This document shows positions 39,636 to 49,509 of a DNA stretch of 64,000 nucleotides, in pieces; position 1 is the first letter of the stretch; the number at the start of each line of letters is the position of its first letter. Location: NCBI RefSeq assembly GCF_964204645.1, contig NC_134032.1:6932275-6996274 (forward strand), written 5' to 3'. This DNA is from Tubulanus polymorphus. Its lineage: Eukaryota > Animalia > Nemertea. Below the pieces are notes generated by a model. The model had not been told where the DNA came from. It was given only the letters and a program-made list of their open reading frames with translations, and did no database searches. Made by a program: the position numbers and the translations under genes.

Positions 39636-40058
39636 ATGGCTTCTGCAATTATAACTATTATAGGATCAGCAATTGTTAACGCTTTAGCATTTACTGGTGG
39701 TGGTTATTTATTTAAACATATTGATAAAAATAGTTCATTAGGAGAACAAAGAAGACATAACTTAGCATTAGAGAAATACAATAAAGCTGCAGAAGAATAT
39801 AGAGAAAAGAGACAAAACTATATGGATTACATCAATAAAGAATTATATGATCAGAAGATTTCACACAGAGATTTTCAATCAGTTGATGATGCAATGAGTT
39901 TATATAACGCAGTAACAAATAAAGAAAAATTACATCTATACAAACCTAAATTATCAGATTATTATACCCCGAGTAAAGAACAACAGAAATATGAAATAAT
40001 ATGGATTTTAGGTGGAACTGTTATTGTTATATTTGTTGCTTATAAGTTTACTAATTAG
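39636..40058 (+). CDS. Membrane protein (N-terminal Gly/Ala hydrophobic helix, coiled coil, C-terminal TM)
   Basis: MASAIITIIGSAIVNALAFTGGG...IIWILGGTVIVIFVAYKF. Confidence 0.75.
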   Translation: MASAIITIIGSAIVNALAFTGGGYLFKHIDKNSSLGEQRRHNLALEKYNKAAEEYREKRQNYMDYINKELYDQKISHRDFQSVDDAMSLYNAVTNKEKLHLYKPKLSDYYTPSKEQQKYEIIWILGGTVIVIFVAYKFTN

Positions 40059-40077
40059 TAATTTTTATTCTAAATAA

Positions 40078-40512
40078 ATGGAAGATAAAGTTGATAGTAT
40101 TGATATTATTCCTCATGATATAAATAAAACTAAATTAAAAACATATTTAGAAAAACAAATATTAGAATTTGAAAGTGACTTAAAGATAAAAAAGAAAAAA
40201 TATTTAAAAAGTAAAATTATATATTATTTGATTATAAGTAGTTCGGTTACAATTAGTTCTGTAATAACATTTCTAGCAATATTCAGCCCATTAACACCTT
40301 TAGCTATATCAATTGGTGTGTTAGGATTAAGTTCAAGTGTTTTAACTGGTATAAGTTCAAAATTAAATATAAAAAGTAATAAAGAAAAAATCAAAACTAA
40401 TATAAAAGAAATTAATAAATTAAAGAATACACTAGATTATATAATAAGTTTAAATGGTCATATAACAGTTGAAGAACAAGATGAATTATTAAAAGAATTA
40501 ATAAATTATTAA
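40078..40512 (+). CDS. Two-TM coiled-coil protein
   Basis: Hydrophobic hairpin IIYYLII...AIFSPLTPLAISIGVLGL. Confidence 0.7.
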   Translation: MEDKVDSIDIIPHDINKTKLKTYLEKQILEFESDLKIKKKKYLKSKIIYYLIISSSVTISSVITFLAIFSPLTPLAISIGVLGLSSSVLTGISSKLNIKSNKEKIKTNIKEINKLKNTLDYIISLNGHITVEEQDELLKELINY

Positions 40513-40528
40513 TTTTTTAATTATATAA

Positions 40529-41917
40529 ATGGTAGATAGGTTTCCAAAAGCTTTCCGATATAATAAATCAATTAAATATAATATTCCAGCAATAGATTTT
40601 AATAAAGATATTACATATAGAAATGAAGTTTTAGATTCATTAACTAATTTAGAAATTTATGTTACTGAAACTAATAATTTTAATGCAAAGATGGAAAATA
40701 TATTTCATATATATTTAATTAATTTTAAAAAATTGAAAGATGAAAAACAATGGTTATTAAAATCTAATATGAAGTATTGGCAGAACCAATTAAATTTTGC
40801 TTTTTATTGTGCAACAACAGGATGTGGAATTAGTTGGAATGATCATTTGAATAATTCTAAATATAAATTAATTCAAAGTTTATTTAGATTTCATACATAC
40901 TTTCAAATAAGAATAATATTAAATGAATTAGAGTGCGCTTTACCAGGATCTAGGTATTTCAAAGAATTAGATAATAATATTAATTTATCAAAGTTTTATA
41001 AAATTTGCAATGAATTTAATATAGATATAAATAATTCTGATTTTAGAACAAAAATTGGAACAATAAGATCACTTCCATGCCCTAGAAAGATTGCAGAATA
41101 TTGTGCACTTCCCATACCATCTAATAGCTTTTATAATATCTATAATAAAAAATTAGGTTATGGTAAAATAGAAACAAAAGATTTAGAAACATTAAATTTC
41201 AATAAATTACCAAAATTTTATGATAATTTAAAACAAGAAAACAATAATGGTTGGGTATATTTTATTTTAGAAAATAGTGAAGGTTTTACTAAATCAGGTA
41301 TAGAAAGAATAAATCAATCTATTGGAACTTATTTGATATGTATTCTAGGATCACAAGTTGAAACAAGATCACCGATAATTGGAAATTTGAATACATCATT
41401 TGATACACAAAAACAATTTAAAGTTTTATTTGAAGATTCAATTCATAATGATAAAAATAGATCGATTCCAGAAAACATTATAAGATATCAAAATTATTTA
41501 GATAAATCACATATTAGATTAAATTATTGTATAGGCCCTAATCTATTAATTATTTCTAATGATTTAGTATTAAAGATGGGAAATATAATTGGTTATAATA
41601 ATCTAATTAAAACTGCGACAATAAATAATTCATTTGGATTAAATGATATAAATAAAAAGATTATTACTGCTCCAAAATTAATGGAAGGTGAAAAAAATAA
41701 AAAACACATTCAATCAACTGAAACTAAAACTAAGAATATTAAATTGGATAATGATTTCAAAATAAAAGATTACAATACATCAGAAAATAATAGAACTGAT
41801 AAAATTCAACATGATATAATTAAACTAAATGATGATAATAAATCCCATGAAAATACTAAATTAGCTATAACTTGTATAGGAATTGTAATCGGAGAAATAT
41901 TATATTTTAAATTTTAA
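40529..41917 (+). CDS. Hypothetical 462-aa protein with C-terminal hydrophobic anchor
   Basis: Long intact ORF; motif YWQNQLNFAFYCATTGCGISW; function not recognised. Confidence 0.75.
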   Translation: MVDRFPKAFRYNKSIKYNIPAIDFNKDITYRNEVLDSLTNLEIYVTETNNFNAKMENIFHIYLINFKKLKDEKQWLLKSNMKYWQNQLNFAFYCATTGCGISWNDHLNNSKYKLIQSLFRFHTYFQIRIILNELECALPGSRYFKELDNNINLSKFYKICNEFNIDINNSDFRTKIGTIRSLPCPRKIAEYCALPIPSNSFYNIYNKKLGYGKIETKDLETLNFNKLPKFYDNLKQENNNGWVYFILENSEGFTKSGIERINQSIGTYLICILGSQVETRSPIIGNLNTSFDTQKQFKVLFEDSIHNDKNRSIPENIIRYQNYLDKSHIRLNYCIGPNLLIISNDLVLKMGNIIGYNNLIKTATINNSFGLNDINKKIITAPKLMEGEKNKKHIQSTETKTKNIKLDNDFKIKDYNTSENNRTDKIQHDIIKLNDDNKSHENTKLAITCIGIVIGEILYFKF

Positions 41918-41933
41918 TTTTTTTATTATATAA

Positions 41934-43373
41934 ATGGATGTAGAAGGTGTAGAAGATATTGGAATGGATCCTTTTGATGAACCTGGTATAACTGATGAAC
42001 AACCACCTGATTTTGATGAAACAAGTTTTAATGATGGTAATGAAACAGCATATAATTCTAATTTAACTACACCCCAATTTATTGACAAAGCACGTTCAAA
42101 GATAAGTATTGAAAATGAAGTACCAGAAATAACAGAAAAAGAATACAATTATAATGAAATTATTCATGATTTTAAACCAATGTTAAAAAAATCTGGTTTC
42201 AATATATCAAATAAAGGTATGGATCATTTAGTAGAAGATTTGAAATATTTAAATGGTGAATATTATTGGAAATTGAAAGGTGACTATTATTTTAAGATTT
42301 CAAATCTTAAAAGTAGTGATAAAATAATAACACAATCAACTTTTAATTTATTAGAACAATCTAGAATTAAGAAAATCAATAATGATGTTATAACTGATGT
42401 TACAGAAAAAGAAAGATCTGATAATTTAAAAGAATTTAAACAAAGAAATGCTAAATTTTTTAAGATAATTAATGAAAATTTAGAAACAGAAACAACTTCT
42501 GAACAGAATATAATTTCCAAAACTAGTAAACTTAAATCAAATAAAGTTCCAATTGAAAAACTTTTACCGAATGGATTAATTGATGCAACAGATCAAGAAT
42601 TAGAAGATTTAGATATATTTTCTGATAAAGCAATTAGAGAAATTATTAGTATAAGACTTGCATCTAATAAAATTGCGCATGATAAAAGTATAAGAGATTT
42701 TAAAATTAGAACTTTAGAAAAAGAATTAACTGATAAAAATAAAGAAATAGAACAATTAAAGTCTGATTTAGATCATCAAGCAATTGATGAAATAGAATAT
42801 AGGCAAAAAGAGTTACGTTTAGAAAAAGAAAAAGATGATTTAGAATATAACATAGAATTACAAAAAGAAGAAATTAAATTATTGTTAAAATCATATGATT
42901 ATAATATTAATAGATTAAAAGTTATTTTTAAAGATTTGTTGATTAAACCAAATTCTGAAATATCATTAAAAGATAGAATAAAGTTATTATTTAAATTAGA
43001 AGGAATAACAATTCTTTCAATTCTAACAGCTGTAACTATGTTATTTACAACAATAGGTTTAGCTATATCAAATTCACTGAAATCTACTCCTACTCCAAAT
43101 AAACCAGATAAACCTCCAGGCAATAATTCTATACAAGATAAAGTTAAGGATGGTTTAAAGAAATTAGCAAAATATTTATGGGAACTATCTAAAAAATCTG
43201 CTGCAGCATTGCCAGGAGTTATTGCATCAATTGTTGGTTTTATATTGAAATCTGCAGGTAATATTCTTAACTTTGCTGCTGAACATATAATTTTATTTTT
43301 AATCACAGTTGTAAGTGCTATTATTTTCGGGTTAGTAAATATGATATCAAAAAGATATCAAGAAAAAAAATAA
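41934..43373 (+). CDS. Coiled-coil membrane protein (acidic N-terminus, multi-helix hydrophobic C-terminus)
   Basis: 479-aa intact ORF; heptad region then GITILSILTAV...LPGVIASIVGFIL...IILFLITVVSAIIFGL. Confidence 0.75.
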   Translation: MDVEGVEDIGMDPFDEPGITDEQPPDFDETSFNDGNETAYNSNLTTPQFIDKARSKISIENEVPEITEKEYNYNEIIHDFKPMLKKSGFNISNKGMDHLVEDLKYLNGEYYWKLKGDYYFKISNLKSSDKIITQSTFNLLEQSRIKKINNDVITDVTEKERSDNLKEFKQRNAKFFKIINENLETETTSEQNIISKTSKLKSNKVPIEKLLPNGLIDATDQELEDLDIFSDKAIREIISIRLASNKIAHDKSIRDFKIRTLEKELTDKNKEIEQLKSDLDHQAIDEIEYRQKELRLEKEKDDLEYNIELQKEEIKLLLKSYDYNINRLKVIFKDLLIKPNSEISLKDRIKLLFKLEGITILSILTAVTMLFTTIGLAISNSLKSTPTPNKPDKPPGNNSIQDKVKDGLKKLAKYLWELSKKSAAALPGVIASIVGFILKSAGNILNFAAEHIILFLITVVSAIIFGLVNMISKRYQEKK

Positions 43374-43407
43374 TAAAAAATAAATAATTAATTTTTTTGT
43401 TTAATAA

Positions 43408-44655
43408 ATGAGTGGGAGTTATAGAAGTCCTTCAAAGATTTCTAGAATATCTAATGCTATTAAAGCAGAAAGATCACATCATATAATTACTCATAACCCT
43501 TCAAATATTAATCCCGATGAAACTTTATATGTTAGAATCCCTCGATTAACACAAAATACTTTTTATGTTCCAAATAGTATTTATTTATCAGCTGATATAA
43601 AAGTAACTGGCCATGATAACAATTATGTTGTTGATAATGTTGGAAGATATTTGATTAAAAAATTAACTATAAAGATTGGTCCGGAAACAGTTTTCTCATT
43701 AGATGATTATAATTTATTTATGTATTATAAAGATTTATGGTTAACTAAAGAAAATAGAAATAATATGATATTTCAAGGCATCCAATCGGAAAACCATAAT
43801 AAATTAAGATCTGAAGCCAATAATGCAGTAGTAACTCGTGCCACAGATAATTTGATTAAAAAGATTTATGGAAGCAAATATAAAATTCCATTAGACTTTG
43901 AATTGATAAATAATAATGCACCTTTATATAAATACGCAATTCAAGAAGATATTATATTTGAGATAACATTTGCTCCTGTAAATGAAATTGTATTATCTAG
44001 CGTTGTTAAAGATATGGGTTATAAATTATCGAATATATGTTTAGAATATAACACAGTAACTAATGAAAATATTGCTAGCACAATTCAAACTCAATACAAT
44101 CAAGGATCTTCATTATTATATGATTATATTGATAAATTTAAAACTGTAACTATTAATGCAAATGATGAAATAATTAATGAGAATATTAACTTTCCTAGAA
44201 GATCTATTAAAGGTATATTAATATTTTTTACTATTGCAACATATTCTAATGGCGCAATAAATGTTGATAATTATTATAATCCTGAAATAACAAAAGTAGA
44301 AATAACTATCGAAGGAATAGCAAATAAAATATTTTGCCAAGGAATGAGAATGATAAACCAATGGCCAGAAATTAGAAAACATTTTATGAATGAAAAAGTA
44401 AAATCATTTGAAAATTGTAACATTAATCAAATTGATTATTATACCGGTAATAAATATGCATTATGGTTAGATTTTAGAACAACAGAGGATAATTCATTAC
44501 ATGGTTCTGGGAAAAAACTACAAAATACAAAAGATGGAATACAATTATTCATGAAAAAGAAAAAAGGAAGCTTAAATTTTAAAATGCATATTTATATTAT
44601 ATCTGACGCACAATTAAATATTGTAAATTCTCAATTAGATAGTATTCAATATTAG
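43408..44655 (+). CDS. Major capsid protein (double jelly-roll)
   Basis: 415 aa, beta-rich; NPSNINPDETLYVRIP, KYKIPLDF, IIFEITFA, NINFPRRSIKGILIFF, YALWLDFRT; size and position fit an MCP. Confidence 0.8.
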   Translation: MSGSYRSPSKISRISNAIKAERSHHIITHNPSNINPDETLYVRIPRLTQNTFYVPNSIYLSADIKVTGHDNNYVVDNVGRYLIKKLTIKIGPETVFSLDDYNLFMYYKDLWLTKENRNNMIFQGIQSENHNKLRSEANNAVVTRATDNLIKKIYGSKYKIPLDFELINNNAPLYKYAIQEDIIFEITFAPVNEIVLSSVVKDMGYKLSNICLEYNTVTNENIASTIQTQYNQGSSLLYDYIDKFKTVTINANDEIINENINFPRRSIKGILIFFTIATYSNGAINVDNYYNPEITKVEITIEGIANKIFCQGMRMINQWPEIRKHFMNEKVKSFENCNINQIDYYTGNKYALWLDFRTTEDNSLHGSGKKLQNTKDGIQLFMKKKKGSLNFKMHIYIISDAQLNIVNSQLDSIQY

Positions 44656-44685
44656 AAATATAAAGTTAAAATTAAGGATATATAA

Positions 44686-45813
44686 ATGAGTGGTAAAAAA
44701 ACTCCTAATACTAAAGAACAATATTTAAGAAATTTATATTACAACCCTGAGAGTTCGGTTGCTTATTCTTCTACTAAAAATATATGGCGTAAAGTAAAAC
44801 AAGATAAATTAGATAAGATAATCCCACAAAATTTAGTTAAATATAAAGATATAAATGAATTTATGTTAGAACAACCAACGTATACAACACATAAAAAAAT
44901 TGTTAGAAAATATAAAACTCGTAAAACTATGGTAAGTTATGTAGATCAACAGTGGCAAGGAGATTTAATTGATATGAAAAATGTTAAGAAAGATAATGAT
45001 GATTATTGGTGGTTATTGAATATAATTGATATTTTTAGTCGTTATGTATGGAGTTTCCCACTTTATAGAAAAGATGCTGTACAAACATCAAATGTTTTAA
45101 GAAAATTTCTTTCAGGTGGTAAACTAAAACCAGAAAAAATTCAATTTGATGATGGAAAAGAATTTGATAATTCATTAGTTCATGGACTTTTAGATTTTCA
45201 TAATATTAAATATTTTTCGACAAAATCGGATAAAAAAGCAGCAGTTGTTGAACGATTTAATAGAACATTGAGAACAAGAATGTCAAAATATTTCACAGCA
45301 AATAATACTTATAAATGGATTGATGTTTTACCAAAATTTATAGAAGGATATAATAATTCTTATCATTCTTCTATTGGAATGAAACCTATTGATGCTAGAA
45401 AACCTGAAAATGCTGAAATTGTTTGGAATAATTTATATGGAGCATTTCTTGTTGATGATTTTGGTGAACCTAAATTTAAAGTTGGTCAAAATGTTAGAAT
45501 TTCTAAGTATAAAAAGATATTTGACAAAGGATACGATCGAAATTTTACTAGAGAAATATACAAAATAAAAAAGGTAATAACAACAAAACCATATGTCTAT
45601 AAATTAGAAGATTTAGATGGTGAAGAAGTTGATGGCTACTTTTACGAAGAAGAATTAAGTTTAACTACTGAAAATCTAGAACAAGAATATAAAATTGAAA
45701 AAGTACTAAAAACAAAAACTGTTAAAAGAAAAAAATATTCTTTAGTGAAATGGGTTGGATGGCCAGATAAATTCAATGAATGGATATTATCAAGTAAAAT
45801 TAAAAATATATAA
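44686..45813 (+). CDS. Retroviral-like (rve) integrase with C-terminal chromodomain
   Basis: WQGDLIDM, IDIFSRY, QFDDGKEF, VERFNRT (DDE); YKIEKVL...VKWVGWPDKFNEWI. Confidence 0.95.
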   Translation: MSGKKTPNTKEQYLRNLYYNPESSVAYSSTKNIWRKVKQDKLDKIIPQNLVKYKDINEFMLEQPTYTTHKKIVRKYKTRKTMVSYVDQQWQGDLIDMKNVKKDNDDYWWLLNIIDIFSRYVWSFPLYRKDAVQTSNVLRKFLSGGKLKPEKIQFDDGKEFDNSLVHGLLDFHNIKYFSTKSDKKAAVVERFNRTLRTRMSKYFTANNTYKWIDVLPKFIEGYNNSYHSSIGMKPIDARKPENAEIVWNNLYGAFLVDDFGEPKFKVGQNVRISKYKKIFDKGYDRNFTREIYKIKKVITTKPYVYKLEDLDGEEVDGYFYEEELSLTTENLEQEYKIEKVLKTKTVKRKKYSLVKWVGWPDKFNEWILSSKIKNI

Positions 45814-46418
45814 ATGAATAAGGAATTATTTATATTTGAGCCTCATAATATGTTAATTTCTGGTGTAACAAATTGTGGAAAAACTTATTTTATATTAAAT
45901 TTATTAGAAACTGTTTATGAAAACTATTTTGATAATATAGTATTATTTTGTCCAACATATGAATTTAATCAAACTTATGATAGAAATATTACTAGAAATA
46001 ATAAATTTATTATATTAGATCCTAAAACAGTAAAAGAAAATTTAGATAATTGTATAAAAATAGCAATTGATATTTATAAAGGATCAAATACATTATTTAT
46101 CATAGATGATTGTGCAAATTTACATGATTCTAAAATTAGAGAAAGCGAGTTATGTTATTTAGCTTTCTCTGGAAGACATTTTGGGATAACAACTTGGGTT
46201 TTAAATCAAAAATATAATTCAATTGTTAAAGATTTTAGAGAAAACATTAGATTTCTAGTTTTATTCTACAATATAGAAAATCGATGAAAAATGCACTTGA
46301 GGAAAATGATATTATTCCATATGATTTACATAATGAATATATGGATAAGTTGAAAAATATTAAAAGATCAAAATTACTATTTAGATTACAACACCCATTT
46401 AAATATGAATTTATTTAA
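45814..46418 (+). pseudogene. A32/FtsK-like genome packaging ATPase; frameshift near 46270
   Basis: Walker A GVTNCGKT, Walker B FIIDD, SGRH, NQKY; an alternative frame (RKSMKNALEEND...) runs to TAA at 46416-46418. Confidence 0.9.
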
Positions 46419-46419
46419 A

Positions 46420-46681
46420 TTCAACTAGCTTGTTAATCTAATTGAATTCTAGTTGAATTCTAGTTATTGGTAGTTGTAACAAAAATCAAATAGATTTAAC
46501 AATATTTTAACTAGCTTGTTAATCTAGTTTAATTCTAGTTATATTCTAGTTGAATTCTAGTTGTTAGTAGTTGAAACAAAAATCAACTAGATTTAACAAG
46601 AAATAAACAAAAAACAACAATATTTCAACTAGCTTGTTAATCAATTTGAATTCTAGTTACATTCTAGTTAAATTCTAGTTG
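46420..46681. repeat. Internal non-coding iteron-like repeat block
   Basis: AACTAGCTTGTTAATC three times (46423, 46509, 46627), each followed by 11-bp-spaced ATTCTAGTT subrepeats. Confidence 0.8.
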
Positions 46682-46714
46682 CAACATCACACAATTAATT
46701 TTTTTGTTATATAA

Positions 46715-47319
46715 ATGGGAGGTGAAAAGAAAATAAAATCTAAAAATGGTGATGTTCCAATTGAAAAAACTTTAGATGATTTAGGAATAACAGAAACAAA
46801 ATTAACTCCAGATGATGGTGCTTTAAATATTGTTACAACAAATAATAATTATGAATATTATCTTTATTGTAAACATCAATTAGAAATATTAATAGCATCT
46901 GGAAAATGTAAAAATTTTATCGGTAAAAATTTAACTTATAATGAATTAGACACAATGAAATCAGATGAAATTATTAGATTATTTAAGATTTATGAAGCCG
47001 CGAGAACAGCTAAAATCAATGACGCGATATCAGAAAATGTAGTAAAAGGTTATAGTAAATTATGTAATTATATACTACCAATTGAAGATGAAAATAGATT
47101 ATATTCCGAATTAAAAAATGATTATTTAGTTATGACTGAATTAAATAAGTGGATTGGATATTTATCATTCAATTAGGTGGATTTATGACATTATTATCAA
47201 CCGGGGTTATAACATTTTCAAATATTGAAAGTAAAAATATTTCTATAATAAATGAGCGAAGTGAAAGAAGTGAAGGAATTAACTGTGAAGAAAAAACCGA
47301 GAACTCAGAAACAAATTGA
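46715..47319 (+). pseudogene. Conserved hypothetical protein (homologue of 62776-63378); 1-nt deletion at ~47170
   Basis: Shares IEKTLDDLGI, YEYYLYCKH, LKNDYLVMTEL; restoring TTT CAA TTA GGT gives ~201 aa, matching the 200-aa homologue. Confidence 0.85.
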
Positions 47320-47623
47320 ATGGTCTCGACAATTAGGAATTAAATCACAAGAATATAAAAAAGCTGTAAAAGAAAAAATAAGTAATAAAAATGTTAATAA
47401 AAATGGTGAAAATATTGTTATTTCTACTCCTTCTGATAGTAGAATATTTGATAAATATCTATATTTTACAGTTGGATTTGTAATTGTATTCATTTTGATT
47501 GGGTGTAATTGGTATAAGAAATCAAATAAAATTCATGATAGTAATAATTCTGAAACAACTGCTATCAAAAATGAAAATACTTCTGAAATTCCAAAATTGA
47601 TAAAAATATTTTTTTTAAATTAA
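47252..47623 (+). CDS. Basic N-terminus / single-TM protein (homologue of 63371-63769)
   Basis: KKKPRTQKQIEWSRQLG vs KKKARSEKQIKWARELG; central TM. Confidence 0.8.
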   Translation: MSEVKEVKELTVKKKPRTQKQIEWSRQLGIKSQEYKKAVKEKISNKNVNKNGENIVISTPSDSRIFDKYLYFTVGFVIVFILIGCNWYKKSNKIHDSNNSETTAIKNENTSEIPKLIKIFFLN

Positions 47624-47626
47624 TTG

Positions 47627-47691
47627 AATATCTCACTACTTTTGTCTATCTATGTGGAGCAATTAAATTGTCCAGATAAGTCATTTCGGAT
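47627..47691. ncRNA. Conserved structured non-coding element (copy 1)
   Basis: Near-identical to the reverse complement of 62461-62529 except in the hairpin region, which shows a compensatory change. Confidence 0.55.
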
Positions 47692-47733
47692 TCTAGATAT
47701 TCATTATTTCTATTAATTTATTTTTTTTAAAAT

Positions 47734-48060
47734 TTAATCAACAATTTCTAAATCATGATGACCGTCTTCATTTTTCCCATGATATATTATTTTAAATCCT
47801 ACTAAATCTTTCAATTCCTCCGTACTCAATGAAACCCATTTATCGGGTAAAAACACTTTAAATTCTCGCGATGTACTAACATTACAGTAGCTTAAATTAG
47901 CTAATACTTTCTCTCCATATTTAGTTTTTATCTTTTCTAATTTCAATATTTTATGTTCAATTTCTTTTGTAACATCAACTAACTTTTTTATTTCAAATTG
48001 TTTTTTTGCTGGTTTTATTCTGTTATTTATTGTTGCTAAGAATGCTTTTCTATCTCCCAT
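47734..48060 (-). CDS. Small protein starting inside the right TIR, possibly an OB-fold ssDNA-binding protein
   Basis: 108 aa; KTKYGEKVL...KVFLP; ATAAATG start; function is inference. Confidence 0.65.
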   Translation of the reverse strand: MGDRKAFLATINNRIKPAKKQFEIKKLVDVTKEIEHKILKLEKIKTKYGEKVLANLSYCNVSTSREFKVFLPDKWVSLSTEELKDLVGFKIIYHGKNEDGHHDLEIVD

Positions 48061-48176
48061 TTATTAGGAAAAAAAATTACTTGTGGTGATGAGTGTTAGG
48101 AAAAAAATTACTTGTGGTGATGAGTGGTGTCTCGTCCTCTCGTCCTCTGGTATGAAAACGCCATCTTCTAATTACT
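48058..48176 (-). repeat. Right terminal inverted repeat
   Basis: Reverse complement of 34356-34474. Confidence 0.95.
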
Positions 48177-49509
48177 TATGTTATTTGTCAGGACATTAAA
48201 CAGAAGACAACTTAGGATAGACCTTGCGTGACTCCACTAGTCCGACTTATTCCAAGATGAGGCGTTCCGTTGATTTCGGTTACAAGTTTCCGTTCAGAGA
48301 TAACTGCTGAGCCATTTGGGCGACTTATCATTGATACTGTTTCCTTAATAGCCTGTTTAGTAATGGCTGATGTTGTGCCTTATCAAATGCTTCGTCGAAA
48401 TCCACCGTTGAACAGGATTCTAAGACTGTGCAGAAAACCCGTTATCGCTGCTTTGCAGCTATATTTATTATTATTTTCTTCCACACTATTTTTACCAAAA
48501 GAACATAGGCTTTGTTACATTACCGCTGTTTCATATACAATCCATTTAATATCGTTCAGCTCACTGAGATCTACAAATAGCCCGCGTGTTTTTTCACGAA
48601 TCATCGTTACAAAAGCGCTGTCGGGCCGTAAACATCGAAAATTTAACCCCATTTAATGGGGCGACATGTTTTTCGAGTCGTCATCCCGAAATCAACCCGT
48701 AGGCCGACTGTCACTTCGATTATCAATTCAAGTATAAATGAACTAATTTATTGCCGCAGACTTCACATTCAGTCGCGGTCTTCAAACAGTGATTTTAACA
48801 ATAGCCCATTTTCCTCATCAAATCATATTACCGATACACTGGAAATTTACTACTTTAGATTTTAAAAGCACTGTCGAGCCGTAAACATCGACGAATCGAC
48901 GTGTGTTACTACATCGTCGTTCCGGGGATCAGCTGCGAGTTTCTCCTCACCATGAGAATCAAATCGAGTACAAATTAATTTATAACTACCAGTGATTTGG
49001 CTGCGGGCGTCAAGCAGTTAGTTTAGCAATACCTATTTTTCTTTACCAAATTAACCGTGTATTTACTAAGATAAATCATAAGTGTAACGGGGAGTCGTAG
49101 GCCTAAACTAAACAAGAGATATAACGGAGAAAAGCTGTTATGTCGACGAGGTATCAAAATAAAGAAATATATTACTTTATTCGGCCGCGGGCTTCAACCT
49201 CTATATCAATACCATCAATACTCTGTATTTCCTACAGTACATACCGATCATTGTCAAATCCACAAGGTATTTACTAAATACAAGTATACAACACACTCCT
49301 ATCCGTAGGCTGGACTCACACTTGACATTCGGAGTAAGCGTTCGCTGCGGAGGAAAGGAGATCGTTCGCTGTGTCGCTTGAAGTGTTTATCGAGTTTTAC
49401 GCGACCTTAAGGCTTAAGTATGGTGGCTGATACGATAAAAAACACGAATATGCAAATGAGGGCGACATTACGACAAAACGACAAAACTAAAATAACGCGA
49501 GAAAACAAT

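Larger units (their letters stand above)
34356..48176. mobile_element. Polinton/Maverick-type endogenous DNA virus (element 1), both ends intact
   Basis: Starts AGTAATTAGAAGATGG and ends CCATCTTCTAATTACT; 6-bp TSD TATGTT at 34350-34355 and 48177-48182; encodes pPolB, capsids, rve integrase and A32-like ATPase. Confidence 0.97.

Noticed and set aside
41900-43306. Minus-strand ORFs 41900-42148, 42287-42520, 42899-43306
   Set aside because: Antisense shadows of the 479-aa plus-strand gene, without the element's start motif
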